Source: Escherichia coli (GTDB lineage Bacteria > Pseudomonadota > Gammaproteobacteria > Enterobacterales > Enterobacteriaceae). Taken from it: 64,000 bases of DNA. Positions 1-17,371 of this stretch are shown piece by piece. Under the pieces are notes generated by a model, which was not told where the DNA came from, did not search any database, and saw only the letters and a list, made by a program, of their open reading frames with translations. The position numbers and the translations under genes are program-made. Every line of letters begins with the position of its first letter. Position 1 is the stretch's first letter. The stretch is from assembly GCF_050920415.1 (NCBI RefSeq), contig NZ_CP169309.1, one strand, 5' to 3'.

Positions 1-3946
<3,946 letters not shown>

Positions 3947-3952
3947 TACTTA

Positions 3953-3982
3953 CCCGCAGAAATCATTCTGCGGGTATTAAGT
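3953..3982 (+). terminator. hairpin terminator candidate after astE
   Basis: Inverted repeat cccgcagaa / ttctgcggg (3953-3961 / 3966-3974) 7 nt after astE stop, followed by moderately T-rich tract. Confidence 0.55.
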
Positions 3983-4119
3983 TACTTTCTTATAAATTAA
4001 TACAGATTAATCCTGGTTATTTGCTTTATTTATCACCAGTCATCCGGTATAGTTCTTCATAATCTCTGCAAAATCATCATGTTGTAATATTCTCTCATCA
4101 CTCTCCATCAAATTTTCTT

Positions 4120-4137
4120 TTTTTCTCCATAATTGGC
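4120..4137 (+). promoter_or_regulatory. BaeR-box upstream of spy
   Basis: Sequence tttttctccataattggc is an exact match to the remembered BaeR consensus TTTTTCTCCATDATTGGC, about 140 nt upstream of spy ATG. Confidence 0.7.
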
Positions 4138-4190
4138 GCAAAAGTGTTTTTTACACTTTCATTGTTTTACCGTTGCTCTGATTAATTGAC

Positions 4191-4206
4191 GCTAAAGTCA
4201 GTAAAG
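4191..4206 (+). promoter_or_regulatory. CpxR-like tandem pentamer repeat in spy promoter
   Basis: gCTAAAgtcaGTAAAg: two GTAAA-like pentamers, spacing one nt shorter than the GTAAA-N5-GTAAA consensus; about 70 nt upstream of spy ATG. Confidence 0.4.
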
Positions 4207-4275
4207 TTAATCTCGTCAACACGGCACGCTACTTAAGAAAGCCGTAATAAATAACTGAAAGGAAGGATATAGAAT

Positions 4276-4761
4276 ATGCGTAAATTAACTGCACTGTTTG
4301 TTGCCTCTACCCTGGCTCTTGGCGCGGCTAACCTGGCCCATGCCGCAGACACCACTACCTCAGCACCGGCTGACGCGAAGCCGATGATGCACCACAAAGG
4401 CAAGTTCGGTCCGCATCAGGACATGATGTTCAAAGACCTGAACCTGACCGACGCGCAGAAACAGCAGATCCGCGAAATCATGAAAGGCCAGCGTGACCAG
4501 ATGAAACGTCCGCCGCTGGAAGAACGCCGCGCAATGCATGACATCATTGCCAGCGATACCTTCGATAAAGCAAAAGCTGAAGCACAGATCGCAAAAATGG
4601 AAGAACAGCGCAAAGCTAACATGCTGGCGCACATGGAAACCCAGAACAAGATTTACAACATCCTGACGCCGGAACAGAAAAAGCAATTTAATGCTAATTT
4701 TGAGAAGCGTCTGACAGAACGTCCAGCGGCAAAAGGTAAAATGCCTGCAACTGCTGAATAA
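4276..4761 (+). CDS. spy: periplasmic ATP-independent chaperone Spy
   Basis: 161-aa ORF with signal peptide (MRKLTALFVASTLALGAANLAHA), paired LTxxQ motifs (LNLTDAQKQQ, LTPEQKKQ); strong RBS gaaaggaagg. Confidence 0.95.
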   Translation: MRKLTALFVASTLALGAANLAHAADTTTSAPADAKPMMHHKGKFGPHQDMMFKDLNLTDAQKQQIREIMKGQRDQMKRPPLEERRAMHDIIASDTFDKAKAEAQIAKMEEQRKANMLAHMETQNKIYNILTPEQKKQFNANFEKRLTERPAAKGKMPATAE

Positions 4762-4782
4762 TCTTTCAGCCAAAAACTTAAG

Positions 4783-4847
4783 ACCGCCGGTCTTGTCCAC
4801 TACCTTGCAGTAATGCGGTGGACAGGGTCGGCGGTTTTCTTTTTTGT
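4783..4847 (+). terminator. rho-independent terminator after spy
   Basis: Long imperfect inverted repeat accgccggtcttgtccac ... gtggacagggtcggcggt followed by ttttcttttttg. Confidence 0.7.
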
Positions 4848-4884
4848 TCTCAAACAGATGCAAAAAAAAACTGATCGCCACTAA

Positions 4885-6385
<1,501 letters not shown>

Positions 6386-6400
6386 TGTTGACTCCGAATG

Positions 6401-6416
6401 CTGGTTATCTATCCAG
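6401..6416 (-). promoter_or_regulatory. LexA-box variant upstream of cho
   Basis: Minus-strand CTGGATAGATAACCAG (CTGG-N8-CCAG palindrome) 16 nt upstream of cho start; matches the remembered non-canonical SOS box of cho/ydjQ. Confidence 0.6.
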
Positions 6417-6535
6417 TGTAACAGGCGGGGAGCGATTAAAAAAGAGGCGGGTTGATGACAAAGGTTACACCGTCAGACGTGCTACGCCTGTCAGGCCTAT
6501 TCGACTCATGCAATATATTGAATTTGCATAGTTTT

Positions 6536-6575
6536 GTGGGGCGAATAAGGCGTTCACGCCGCATCCGGCGTGAAC
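6536..6575 (-). repeat. REP (repetitive extragenic palindromic) element
   Basis: Minus-strand sequence cgccggatgcggcgtgaacgccttattcgccc matches the classic REP consensus; lies between nadE 3' end and cho 5' end. Confidence 0.65.
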
Positions 6576-6614
6576 AAAGTACTCTTTTTCGCACAAACCA
6601 ATATGTGCAAATTA

Positions 6615-7442
6615 TTACTTCTTCCAGAAATCATCGAAAACGGTAATTGGCGGACGGCGTTTATGTTCGGTTTTCAGATACCAGTTCTCTATTGTTCTGG
6701 CGACCTGTTCAGGTACGTTTTTCCCTTCCAGATAGTCGTCGATATTGTCATAGGTCACGCCGAGTGCCACTTCATCTGGCAGAGAAGGGCGATCATCTTC
6801 CAGATCGGCCGTTGGGGCTTTCTTATAAAGATGTTCCGGACAACCTAATGCCGCCAGTAACTGTTTACCCTGACGTTTGTTGAGGCGATACAGCGGATTA
6901 ATGTCCGTACCGCCGTCACCATATTTAGTGAAGAATCCGGTAATGGCTTCTGCTGCATGATCGGTGCCCACCACGACACCGCTGGTCATACCCGCAATGC
7001 TATATTGTGCTTTCATCCGCTCACGCGCTTTTTCATTGCCACGGACAAAATCACTTAATTCAATACCCGCTTCGCGCAGCGCCTGTTCGCTGGCCAATAC
7101 CGCGCCCTTGATATTAACGGTTAATACGCGATCCGGTTGAATAAAGGCAATGGCATCCTGACAATCTTGTTCGTCGGCCTGAACACCATAGGGCAGGCGT
7201 ACGGCAATAAATTGCAGCGATTCGTTGCCGGTTTCCTGGCGCAGCTCATTAATCGCCATCTGGCACAGCTTACCGGCAAGCGTGGAGTCCTGACCGCCGC
7301 TGATCCCGAGCACCAGTGATTTAATGAACGGATAAGTTTGCAGGTAGCTTTTCAGAAAATCGACACTACGACGAATTTCCTCTTCAGCATTAATCTGCGG
7401 TTTTGCGCCCAGCGCCTTTATTATTTGTTGTTGCAATGTCAT
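6615..7442 (-). CDS. nadE: NH3-dependent NAD+ synthetase
   Basis: 275-aa ORF; PP-loop ATP pyrophosphatase motif SGGQDS ([13 protein letters not shown]). Confidence 0.95.
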
Positions 7443-7643
7443 TGAACCCCTCCAGACAGAAAAGACAAAACTTCCTTAAAGCTAACCCGTTGCTATTGAA
7501 ACGACAAGCGACAGCGGGCTGAATGGTGGTTAAAACGTCATACAGGAATCCTCTGAAAGCGGAGCCGTTTCGTTCACGGGCTTGAAAAAGCGCCCAATGT
7601 ATTCCAGGCTTATCTAACACGCTGATAAAAAAGAGGACGGAAT

Positions 7644-7982
7644 ATGAACAAGAATATGGCAGGAATTCTGAGTGCAGCGGCGGTATTAACCATGCTGGCG
7701 GGTTGTACGGCTTATGATCGTACCAAAGACCAGTTTGTACAGCCTGTGGTGAAAGACGTCAAAAAAGGCATGAGCCGGGCGCAGGTTGCACAAATTGCGG
7801 GTAAACCTTCGTCTGAAGTGAGTATGATTCATGCTCGTGGTACTTGCCAGACCTACATCCTGGGTCAACGTGATGGTAAAGCAGAAACCTACTTTGTCGC
7901 GTTAGATGATACCGGACATGTCATCAACTCCGGTTATCAGACCTGTGCTGAATACGACACTGATCCACAGGCTGCGAAGTAA
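7644..7982 (+). CDS. osmE: osmotically inducible lipoprotein OsmE
   Basis: 112-aa ORF with lipoprotein signal and lipobox (LTMLAGC); divergent from nadE. Confidence 0.92.
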
Positions 7983-8011
7983 TCACTTCGTCTGAAAGCT
8001 TGAGTAACAAC

Positions 8012-8040
8012 GGAAACCGGCCATTGCGCCGGTTTTTTTT
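8012..8040 (+). terminator. rho-independent terminator after osmE
   Basis: Short GC hairpin (aaaccgg ... ccggttt) followed by run of 8 T. Confidence 0.7.
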
Positions 8041-8079
8041 GGCCTGTGTTCTTAATTATCTTCGCGAATTATTTGCCCG

Positions 8080-8101
8080 AAATGTGAAGAGGGTCATAAC
8101 C
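8080..8101 (+). promoter_or_regulatory. candidate CRP site in chb promoter region
   Basis: aaTGTGAagagggTCATAac resembles TGTGA-N6-TCACA; about 185 nt upstream of chbB ATG. Assignment by pattern only. Confidence 0.35.
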
Positions 8102-8280
8102 ACAGGTCAAGGAGAGACAATTTATAAGGTCAAAGAAATACTATTGCTCAGGTCTATACCGTATACTCCTTTCAGCCACAAAAAAAGTCATGTTGGTTTC
8201 GCAAGTTACCCAGAGCATGGAAGCAGGTTAAGGCTTGCGGAGTGTCTGGCTGACAGATAATCGTCGATGAGGGCAGTTTT

Positions 8281-8601
8281 ATGGAAAAGAAACACATTTA
8301 TCTGTTTTGTTCTGCGGGCATGTCTACCTCTTTACTGGTATCAAAAATGCGCGCACAGGCAGAAAAATATGAAGTTCCGGTCATTATTGAAGCATTTCCG
8401 GAAACACTGGCTGGTGAAAAAGGTCAGAATGCCGATGTCGTGTTATTAGGGCCGCAGATTGCTTATATGTTGCCCGAAATCCAGCGTTTGTTACCCAACA
8501 AACCGGTTGAAGTAATTGACTCGCTGCTTTATGGCAAAGTCGATGGTTTAGGCGTGCTTAAGGCTGCGGTTGCAGCGATTAAAAAAGCCGCAGCAAATTA
8601 A
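8281..8601 (+). CDS. chbB: PTS chitobiose-specific EIIB component
   Basis: 106-aa ORF; phosphorylatable Cys near N-terminus ([12 protein letters not shown]), lactose/cellobiose-family IIB. Confidence 0.93.
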   Translation: MEKKHIYLFCSAGMSTSLLVSKMRAQAEKYEVPVIIEAFPETLAGEKGQNADVVLLGPQIAYMLPEIQRLLPNKPVEVIDSLLYGKVDGLGVLKAAVAAIKKAAAN

Positions 8602-8685
8602 TTTATTTTAAATTTTCCCGTCAAAGAGTTATTTCATAAATCAATACCGCAATATTTAAATTGCGGTTTTTAAGGGTATTTTTCT

Positions 8686-10044
8686 ATGAGTAATGTTATT
8701 GCATCGCTTGAAAAGGTACTCCTCCCTTTTGCAGTTAAAATAGGAAAGCAGCCACACGTTAATGCAATCAAAAATGGCTTTATTCGCTTAATGCCGTTAA
8801 CCCTTGCGGGGGCCATGTTTGTATTAATTAACAACGTTTTTCTAAGCTTTGGGGAGGGGTCGTTTTTTTATTCCTTAGGTATTCGCCTGGATGCCTCAAC
8901 CATTGAAACACTTAATGGTCTGAAAGGTATTGGCGGCAACGTATATAACGGAACATTAGGGATAATGTCTTTAATGGCACCGTTCTTTATTGGCATGGCG
9001 CTGGCAGAAGAGCGTAAAGTCGATGCGCTGGCGGCTGGGTTGTTATCCGTTGCAGCATTTATGACCGTCACCCCTTATAGTGTCGGTGAGGCCTATGCGG
9101 TTGGCGCAAACTGGTTAGGTGGGGCGAATATCATCTCCGGGATTATTATTGGCCTGGTGGTGGCAGAAATGTTTACCTTTATTGTCCGCCGCAATTGGGT
9201 CATTAAATTGCCCGACAGCGTACCTGCTTCAGTATCGCGTTCCTTCTCGGCATTAATCCCCGGCTTTATTATTCTTTCCGTGATGGGGATTATTGCCTGG
9301 GCGTTGAATACCTGGGGTACCAATTTCCATCAGATCATTATGGATACCATCTCAACCCCACTGGCATCGTTGGGTAGCGTGGTGGGATGGGCCTATGTGA
9401 TCTTTGTTCCACTGCTCTGGTTCTTTGGTATTCACGGCGCGCTGGCGCTGACCGCCCTGGACAACGGCATTATGACGCCGTGGGCGCTGGAAAATATCGC
9501 GACCTATCAGCAATATGGTTCCGTCGAAGCGGCGTTGGCAGCCGGTAAGACCTTCCATATCTGGGCCAAGCCGATGCTGGACTCCTTTATTTTCCTCGGT
9601 GGCAGTGGTGCGACTTTGGGTCTGATCCTGGCTATCTTTATCGCTTCTCGCCGTGCTGATTATCGTCAGGTGGCAAAACTGGCGCTGCCGTCCGGCATCT
9701 TCCAGATTAACGAACCGATTCTGTTTGGTTTGCCAATTATCATGAACCCGGTGATGTTTATCCCGTTTGTACTGGTACAACCGATTCTGGCGGCAATCAC
9801 TCTGGCAGCGTACTACATGGGCATTATTCCTCCGGTGACCAATATTGCACCGTGGACCATGCCAACCGGTTTGGGAGCCTTCTTTAACACCAACGGTAGC
9901 GTCGCTGCATTGCTGGTCGCACTCTTCAACCTTGGTATCGCAACGTTAATTTATCTGCCCTTTGTTGTGGTGGCTAACAAAGCACAAAACGCGATTGATA
10001 AAGAAGAGAGTGAAGAAGATATTGCTAATGCCCTGAAATTTTAA
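8686..10044 (+). CDS. chbC: PTS chitobiose-specific EIIC permease
   Basis: 452-aa highly hydrophobic ORF directly downstream of chbB. Confidence 0.93.
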
Positions 10045-10094
10045 TCGATACCGGTACGGGTAATCGTGCCGGTAAGAATAGAGAGGAACGATGT

Positions 10095-10445
10095 ATGATG
10101 GATCTCGAAAATATTCCCGATACGCAAACGGAAGCTGAAGAGCTGGAAGAAGTGGTGATGGGGCTTATCATCAACTCCGGACAAGCGCGCAGCCTGGCGT
10201 ATGCGGCACTGAAACAGGCGAAGCAGGGCGATTTTGCCGCAGCAAAAACCATGATGGATCAGTCACGGATGGCATTGAATGAAGCGCATCTGGTACAGAC
10301 GAAACTGATTGAAGGCGATGCGGGCGAAGGTAAGATGAAAGTGAGTCTGGTGCTGGTCCACGCTCAGGATCATTTAATGACGTCCATGCTTGCGCGTGAA
10401 CTGATTACTGAATTAATTGAGCTTCATGAAAAACTGAAGGCATAA
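10095..10445 (+). CDS. chbA: PTS chitobiose-specific EIIA component
   Basis: 116-aa ORF ([21 protein letters not shown]...), lactose/cellobiose-family IIA; good RBS agaggaacgatgt. Confidence 0.92.
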   Translation: MMDLENIPDTQTEAEELEEVVMGLIINSGQARSLAYAALKQAKQGDFAAAKTMMDQSRMALNEAHLVQTKLIEGDAGEGKMKVSLVLVHAQDHLMTSMLARELITELIELHEKLKA

Positions 10446-10452
10446 GGAGTCG

Positions 10453-11295
10453 ATGATGCAGCCAGTGATTAACGCGCCGGAAATTGCCACTGCCCGAGAA
10501 CAGCAGTTGTTTAATGGCAAAAATTTCCATGTGTTTATCTATAACAAAACTGAGAGTATCAGCGGACTGCATCAGCACGACTATTATGAATTTACTCTGG
10601 TATTAACCGGGCGTTATTTCCAGGAGATTAACGGTAAGCGCGTGTTACTGGAACGGGGCGATTTTGTTTTTATTCCGTTAGGTTCGCACCATCAAAGTTT
10701 TTATGAGTTTGGTGCCACGCGCATATTGAACGTTGGGATCAGTAAACGCTTTTTTGAGCAGCATTACCTGCCGTTGTTGCCTTATTGCTTTGTCGCTTCG
10801 CAGGTATACCGGACCAATAACGCTTTTCTCACCTATGTGGAAACCGTGATTTCTTCATTGAATTTCCGCGAAACAGGGCTGGAAGAGTTTGTTGAGATGG
10901 TTACTTTTTATGTCATTAACCGTTTGCGTCATTACCGCGAAGAACAGGTGATTGATGATGTACCGCAGTGGCTGAAAAGTACGGTAGAAAAGATGCATGA
11001 TAAAGAGCAGTTTAGTGAATCGGCGCTGGAGAATATGGTGACGTTGTCAGCCAAATCACAGGAATATTTGACGCGAGCGACTCAACGATATTATGGCAAA
11101 ACACCAATGCAGATTATTAATGAGATCCGTATTAATTTTGCCAAAAAACAACTGGAAATGACCAACTATTCCGTGACGGATATTGCGTTTGAGGCCGGTT
11201 ATAGTAGCCCGAGCTTGTTTATTAAAACGTTTAAGAAATTAACGTCCTTTACGCCTAAGAGCTATCGTAAGAAATTGACTGAATTTAATCAGTAA
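10453..11295 (+). CDS. chbR: AraC-family dual regulator of chb operon
   Basis: 280-aa ORF with C-terminal AraC HTH region (...[33 protein letters not shown]). Confidence 0.92.
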   Translation: MMQPVINAPEIATAREQQLFNGKNFHVFIYNKTESISGLHQHDYYEFTLVLTGRYFQEINGKRVLLERGDFVFIPLGSHHQSFYEFGATRILNVGISKRFFEQHYLPLLPYCFVASQVYRTNNAFLTYVETVISSLNFRETGLEEFVEMVTFYVINRLRHYREEQVIDDVPQWLKSTVEKMHDKEQFSESALENMVTLSAKSQEYLTRATQRYYGKTPMQIINEIRINFAKKQLEMTNYSVTDIAFEAGYSSPSLFIKTFKKLTSFTPKSYRKKLTEFNQ

Positions 11296-11399
11296 GTCGT
11301 TATACCTGACAATTCACATATCTGTCCTGTTGCTGGATTATTTATGTCCGGGGGGGCAGATATGCCAGATATCAGTACTCTGTACTGAAGGGAGAGTTT

Positions 11400-12752
11400 A
11401 TGAACCAGATATTAAAAGTCGTCACTATTGGTGGCGGGAGCAGCTATACCCCGGAGTTACTGGAAGGATTTATTAAGCGTTATCACGAATTGCCGGTCAG
11501 CGAATTATGGCTGGTGGATGTCGAAGGTGGTAAAGCTAAACTGGATATTATTTTTGATCTCTGCCAACGGATGATTGATAACGCTGGCGTCCCGATGAAG
11601 CTTTATAAAACGCTGGATCGCCGCGAAGCATTGAAAGATGCTGATTTCGTTACTACCCAACTGCGCGTAGGCCAATTACCGGCGCGCGAACTGGATGAAC
11701 GTATTCCATTAAGTCATGGTTATCTTGGTCAGGAAACTAACGGCGCGGGCGGTTTGTTTAAAGGTCTGCGTACCATTCCGGTGATTTTTGACATCGTAAA
11801 AGATGTCGAAGAACTTTGTCCGAATGCATGGGTGATTAACTTCACTAACCCGGCGGGAATGGTCACTGAAGCCGTTTATCGTCATACCGGATTTAAACGC
11901 TTTATCGGCGTGTGTAATATTCCGATCGGCATGAAGATGTTTATTCGCGATGTTCTGATGCTGAAAGACAGCGATGATTTATCTATCGATTTGTTCGGCC
12001 TCAACCATATGGTGTTCATTAAGGATGTGCTGGTAAATGGCAAATCACGCTTTGCCGAATTGCTTGATGGTGTGGCATCCGGGCAGTTAAAAGCATCTGG
12101 CGTTAAAAATATTTTCGATCTGCCATTTAGCGAAGGCTTAATTCGTTCTCTGAATCTGTTGCCGTGTTCTTATTTGCTTTATTACTTCAAGCAAAAAGAG
12201 ATGCTGGCTATTGAAATGGGCGAATACTACAAAGGCGGCGCACGAGCGCAGGTAGTACAGAAAGTCGAGAAACAACTTTTTGAGCTATATAAAAACCCGG
12301 AGTTGAATGTTAAGCCGAAAGAGCTGGAACAGCGCGGTGGGGCTTATTACTCTGATGCAGCGTGCGAAGTGATCAACGCTATCTACAACGACAAGCAAGC
12401 AGAACATTACGTTAATATCCCGCATCATGGGCATATTGATAATATTCCGGCAGACTGGGCGGTAGAAATGACCTGTACGCTGGGGCGCGATGGCGCGACG
12501 CCACATCCGCGCATTACGCATTTCGATGATAAAGTGATGGGGCTGATTCACACCATCAAAGGCTTCGAGATTGCTGCCAGCAACGCCGCACTTAGCGGGG
12601 AATTTAACGATGTGTTACTGGCGCTAAACCTTAGTCCGTTGGTGCATTCCGATCGCGATGCTGAGCTGCTGGCACGCGAGATGATTCTGGCGCACGAGAA
12701 ATGGCTGCCAAATTTTGCCGACTGCATCGCAGAGCTTAAAAAAGCACATTAA
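11400..12752 (+). CDS. chbF: 6-phospho-beta-glucosidase (GH4, NAD/Mn-dependent)
   Basis: 450-aa ORF with N-terminal Rossmann NAD motif (KVVTIGGGSSYTPEL) typical of GH4. Confidence 0.93.
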   Translation: MNQILKVVTIGGGSSYTPELLEGFIKRYHELPVSELWLVDVEGGKAKLDIIFDLCQRMIDNAGVPMKLYKTLDRREALKDADFVTTQLRVGQLPARELDERIPLSHGYLGQETNGAGGLFKGLRTIPVIFDIVKDVEELCPNAWVINFTNPAGMVTEAVYRHTGFKRFIGVCNIPIGMKMFIRDVLMLKDSDDLSIDLFGLNHMVFIKDVLVNGKSRFAELLDGVASGQLKASGVKNIFDLPFSEGLIRSLNLLPCSYLLYYFKQKEMLAIEMGEYYKGGARAQVVQKVEKQLFELYKNPELNVKPKELEQRGGAYYSDAACEVINAIYNDKQAEHYVNIPHHGHIDNIPADWAVEMTCTLGRDGATPHPRITHFDDKVMGLIHTIKGFEIAASNAALSGEFNDVLLALNLSPLVHSDRDAELLAREMILAHEKWLPNFADCIAELKKAH

Positions 12753-13523
<771 letters not shown>

Positions 13524-13536
13524 GTAAGGTGGTAAG

Positions 13537-13565
13537 GTCACTCCCCAGGGGGCGTGACCTTATCC
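13537..13565. terminator. hairpin between convergent chbG and katE
   Basis: Imperfect inverted repeat aggtcactcccc a gggggcgtgacct in the 46-bp gap between the two stop codons. Confidence 0.5.
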
Positions 13566-13569
13566 ATAT

Positions 13570-15831
13570 TTACGCCGGGATTTTGTCAATCTTAGGAATG
13601 CGTGACCACACGCGGTGTGCTGCCATCAGCGTTAACAGTTCATCCATAAAACTACCATCGGCGCTGTCAGCTTCCACAATCCCTTCTTCACCCTGGTCAG
13701 CGACCTTGATTGTTGCTTTAAACTTGCGCGCGTCTCCTGCCAGCGCAATCGGTTTAAGGTGTTTGTAGGCTTCCATCAGGTAGTAGTTGGCATCGCCGTT
13801 GTCAGCGATATCCGCGATATTGCCGCAAGGGACAATAACCGCATCGACCGTTAGCGAAGGCGCTCCGGCAAATGTAGCGGCTATAGGCAGCACCGTACCG
13901 TCATCCGCAGTCACTTCACCCATTCGGGAGTAGAGCAGTTTGGCATGAACGCCTTTGGCCTTCAGCGCCTTGAGAATGGCCAGAAGGTCTGCCGATCTCA
14001 CTTCATCATTAAGCAAAATCGCTACCACGCGACCTTTTACATCACCGTCAGGAATGGCGTACAGACTTAAGGATGGATCCTTTTTCAGACCGTTGACGTC
14101 CGGAGGCGGGGTGATATTCAGCTGGTCGTCAGTCAGTTCGATACCGAGATTTTTCGCCACCGCCTGGGCCAGAGTGAGATCAATATGCGCCAGCTGGTCA
14201 ACAACGCGCTCACGAATATACGGACGAACTACTTTGCTTAACTCAAAGCTGAAACCATCGACAACATGGCGCTGCTCGAACGGCGTCTGACTTAACCAGA
14301 ACAGGCGCGGATGAGAATAATATTCGCCAAATGACGGGCTACGTTCGCGCACCTTATTGCCTTCCACGCGCTCCTGATATGACTCAAAACCGCCACGTTT
14401 TGGCCCTGGTGGTGTTTCGCGCGGCCAGTTATCGTTGATCGAGTTGGGCTCGTAATTCGCCGGGTTAGTGTCGATACCCATGCGGTGCATGCCATCACGC
14501 TGGAAGTTGTGGTATGGGCAGGTCGGGCGGTTAATCGGAATTTCATGGAAATTGGGTCCGCCAAGACGACTGATTTGTGTATCGGTATAGGAGAACAAAC
14601 GTCCCTGTAACAGGGGATCGTTGGTGAAGTCCAGACCAGGAACAATATGGCCTGGATGGAAAGCTGCTTGTTCGTTTTCGGCAAAGAAGTTATCCGGATT
14701 ACGATTAAGCACCATTTTGCCAACACGCTGAACGGGCACCAGTTCTTCCGGGATAAGTTTAGTTGGATCAAGAAGGTCGAAGTCGAACTTAAATTCATCT
14801 TCTTCAGGAATCAACTGGAAGCCCAGTTCGTATTCCGGGAAATCACCCGCTTCAATCGCTTCCCACAACTCGCGGCGGTGGAAGTCCGGGTCACGTCCGG
14901 TTAGTTTTTGTGCTTCATCCCAAACCAGTGAGGCTTTACCGGCCAATGGTTTCCAGTGGAAACGTACGAACGTCGCTTTCCCTTCGGCATTAATCAGGCG
15001 GAAGGTGTGAATACCGAAGCCTTCCATGGTGCGATAGCTGCGCGGGATACCACGATCCGACATGGCCCACATCACGTTATGCAGCGTTTCCGGTTGCAGG
15101 GAAACATAATCCCAGAAGGTGTCGTGAGCACTTTGCCCTTGCGGAATTGCCCAATGCGGTTCTGGTTTTACCGCATGAACAAAATCAGGGAATTTATGCG
15201 CATCCTGGATAAAGAAGATTGGCGTGTTATTGCCAACAAGGTCAAAAATACCCTCTTCGGTATAGAACTTGGTGGCAAAGCCACGGATATCACGCACGGT
15301 ATCGGCAGAGCCAGCACCACCCTGAACGGTAGAGAAACGTACAAATACTGGGGTGATTTTGTTAGGGTCTGACAGAAAATCCGCTTTGGTGATATCGCTT
15401 AAGCTTTTATATGGCTGGAAATAACCGTGAGCGGCTGAGCCGCGCGCATGAACAATTCGTTCCGGGATGCGCTCATGGTCAAAGTGAGTGATTTTCTCGC
15501 GCAGAATAAAATCTTCCAGCAGTGTTGGGCCACGGCTACCGGCGCGTAGGGAGTTTTGATCATCGGCGATGCGTACACCCTGGTTGGTGGTAAGTGCATA
15601 ATTTTCACTACCTTTGCGAACGTCTTCCAGAGAATTGATTTTTTCGTTACGCGTATCAGGGGCTTTCAGACTCCCTGGCGCGGTTGGCTGCGCTCCCGGT
15701 GGCGTCGGTTCAGCCGCTGGACGATGAGATCCGTCCTCAGGTGCCAGTGAGTCCATCCCCGGTTTCGCTTCGCTGGAATCGTGTAGTGGTGACTGGTGCT
15801 GATGTGGGTTCTTTTCGTTATGTTGCGACAT
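13570..15831 (-). CDS. katE: catalase HPII (large-subunit monofunctional catalase)
   Basis: 753-aa ORF; catalase core motifs ([20 protein letters not shown], heme-proximal region RLFSYTDTQ). Confidence 0.96.
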   Translation of the reverse strand: MSQHNEKNPHQHQSPLHDSSEAKPGMDSLAPEDGSHRPAAEPTPPGAQPTAPGSLKAPDTRNEKINSLEDVRKGSENYALTTNQGVRIADDQNSLRAGSRGPTLLEDFILREKITHFDHERIPERIVHARGSAAHGYFQPYKSLSDITKADFLSDPNKITPVFVRFSTVQGGAGSADTVRDIRGFATKFYTEEGIFDLVGNNTPIFFIQDAHKFPDFVHAVKPEPHWAIPQGQSAHDTFWDYVSLQPETLHNVMWAMSDRGIPRSYRTMEGFGIHTFRLINAEGKATFVRFHWKPLAGKASLVWDEAQKLTGRDPDFHRRELWEAIEAGDFPEYELGFQLIPEEDEFKFDFDLLDPTKLIPEELVPVQRVGKMVLNRNPDNFFAENEQAAFHPGHIVPGLDFTNDPLLQGRLFSYTDTQISRLGGPNFHEIPINRPTCPYHNFQRDGMHRMGIDTNPANYEPNSINDNWPRETPPGPKRGGFESYQERVEGNKVRERSPSFGEYYSHPRLFWLSQTPFEQRHVVDGFSFELSKVVRPYIRERVVDQLAHIDLTLAQAVAKNLGIELTDDQLNITPPPDVNGLKKDPSLSLYAIPDGDVKGRVVAILLNDEVRSADLLAILKALKAKGVHAKLLYSRMGEVTADDGTVLPIAATFAGAPSLTVDAVIVPCGNIADIADNGDANYYLMEAYKHLKPIALAGDARKFKATIKVADQGEEGIVEADSADGSFMDELLTLMAAHRVWSRIPKIDKIPA

Positions 15832-16034
15832 TGAACTCGTCTCCTTAATGTATTACTGAAAGGGCCGCTGTTTTGGTCAAAAAACTCTCTAACTATAGAC
15901 CACCAGCCAGATCCCGCTTCGGAGACTATTCTGGAAACGGTGTTATGAAATACACGCAAAGCGGGACGTACAGGGGCTAAATCGGCTAAACTACAGTTTT
16001 TCTGATTTTTAATATGCGTTTAGTGAAGCCAGTA

Positions 16035-16277
16035 ATGAAGAAACCGCTCCGTCAGCAAAACCGCCAGATTATTAGCTATGTCCCACGCACGGAACCCGCG
16101 CCGCCAGAACATGCGATAAAGATGGATTCGTTTCGTGATGTCTGGATGCTGCGTGGCAAATATGTTGCGTTTGTACTGATGGGAGAGTCATTTCTGCGCT
16201 CACCGGCGTTTACTGTGCCTGAATCCGCCCAGCGTTGGGCAAATCAGATCCGCCAGGAAGGGGAAGTGACTGAGTAA
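16035..16277 (+). CDS. cedA: cell-division modulator CedA
   Basis: Tracked ORF 16014-16277; 80-aa form starting MKKPLRQQNRQ... at 16035 preferred (start uncertain by 7 codons). Confidence 0.85.
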   Translation: MKKPLRQQNRQIISYVPRTEPAPPEHAIKMDSFRDVWMLRGKYVAFVLMGESFLRSPAFTVPESAQRWANQIRQEGEVTE

Positions 16278-16564
16278 GGATTACGTACCTCCCGGTTTGG
16301 CCGGGAGTTACATGGCCTGAAATTCTGTATTTCGATGCAACATTCATTCAAATCACCTGTAACAAAAAGCTGCCTTTAACGATCTATTGCTATAAATAAG
16401 TGATCTTTTTTCTTTAATTGTTTATTTATTTTATAATAGTTAAGTTTAGCTAATCAGAATGAGCTATTTTTGATAGTTCATCCTGTGGCGTTGCCATTAA
16501 ACTTATATTGTAAATTGCTTAGATTCAAATGAGATAATAATTTTGTTGAAATACGAGGTGGGAG

Positions 16565-17368
16565 ATGTTTTCTACAAACTTAATACAGAGTGATTATGGT
16601 AATTTAAATATTAAAAACCTTGCCTTTAACTCTTTTAAAGAAAGGCTGCAGTCTACCATGACAGCACTCACTTTCTTCATATCAACGGGTCAATGTGCCT
16701 GCGATGAAATAGCAGAATCAAACTTCAATTATATGATTACCTATATGTCTAACATTAACTATGATGCCTCAAAGCCAGGAGCGCCAGCACTTAGTTTTGA
16801 TACATATCTGCAGGACAATGTTAAATATAGAGTGATAATTAATAATCTTTATGGTAGTGAAATTAGGATAAGAGGTATTAATGAGAATTTTGTTGGGATG
16901 GATTTTACCTGTGAATTCCGACCAGAAAAAATGACCAATTTGATCAATATAAAAAACAGGTTGGTTATTCAGTATTTAAGAACGATATACTATGAACAAA
17001 ATTATATACATCCTGTTGGGAGCATTTTTGCTGCGATTCAAAAAAATGAGAGTCTCCTAAAGTTTCCTTCGGTAATATCAATGCTTAATGTCAATCTTCT
17101 TTTTAATCCACTGAATCTTCCGGGAATGGGAAGTGGTGTGCTTGAAGAGATTATGAGCATTTCAGATAGTTCACTTAGAAAACGTCTTGGGTATGAGGTT
17201 TTAAGCTTCTCGCTACAAGCACATTCATTGAGTCAGGAATGTATTGATAAGTTAGCCATTTTTTTCGCTGACGATCTGTTTAAATATGAGTCAGTATGCA
17301 TCGCCGCGATGGAACATTTAAAAAGTAAGGCAACGGCCCCTATACAAAACGGACCGTTGCCAGCATAA
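16565..17368 (+). CDS. ydjO: uncharacterized protein YdjO (AT-rich orphan gene)
   Basis: 267-aa ORF in conspicuously AT-rich DNA with about 285-bp AT-rich upstream region; no domain recognisable by eye. Confidence 0.75.
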   Translation: MFSTNLIQSDYGNLNIKNLAFNSFKERLQSTMTALTFFISTGQCACDEIAESNFNYMITYMSNINYDASKPGAPALSFDTYLQDNVKYRVIINNLYGSEIRIRGINENFVGMDFTCEFRPEKMTNLINIKNRLVIQYLRTIYYEQNYIHPVGSIFAAIQKNESLLKFPSVISMLNVNLLFNPLNLPGMGSGVLEEIMSISDSSLRKRLGYEVLSFSLQAHSLSQECIDKLAIFFADDLFKYESVCIAAMEHLKSKATAPIQNGPLPA

Positions 17369-17371
17369 GAA

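Noticed and set aside
4360-4881. 173-aa ORF antisense to spy; likewise the long antisense ORFs inside pheT (32248-33315, 355 aa), ppsA (42588-43301, 237 aa; 43629-44183, 184 aa), fadK/ydiS and arpB
   Set aside because: Each lies entirely within a confidently identified conserved gene on the opposite strand, has no RBS or recognisable domain, and has the composition expected for a shadow frame of GC-rich coding DNA.
6470-6535. Possible second REP copy forming a BIME with the REP at 6536-6575
   Set aside because: The upstream segment (gctacgcctgtcaggcc...) only loosely resembles REP consensus; only the single well-matching REP unit is reported.
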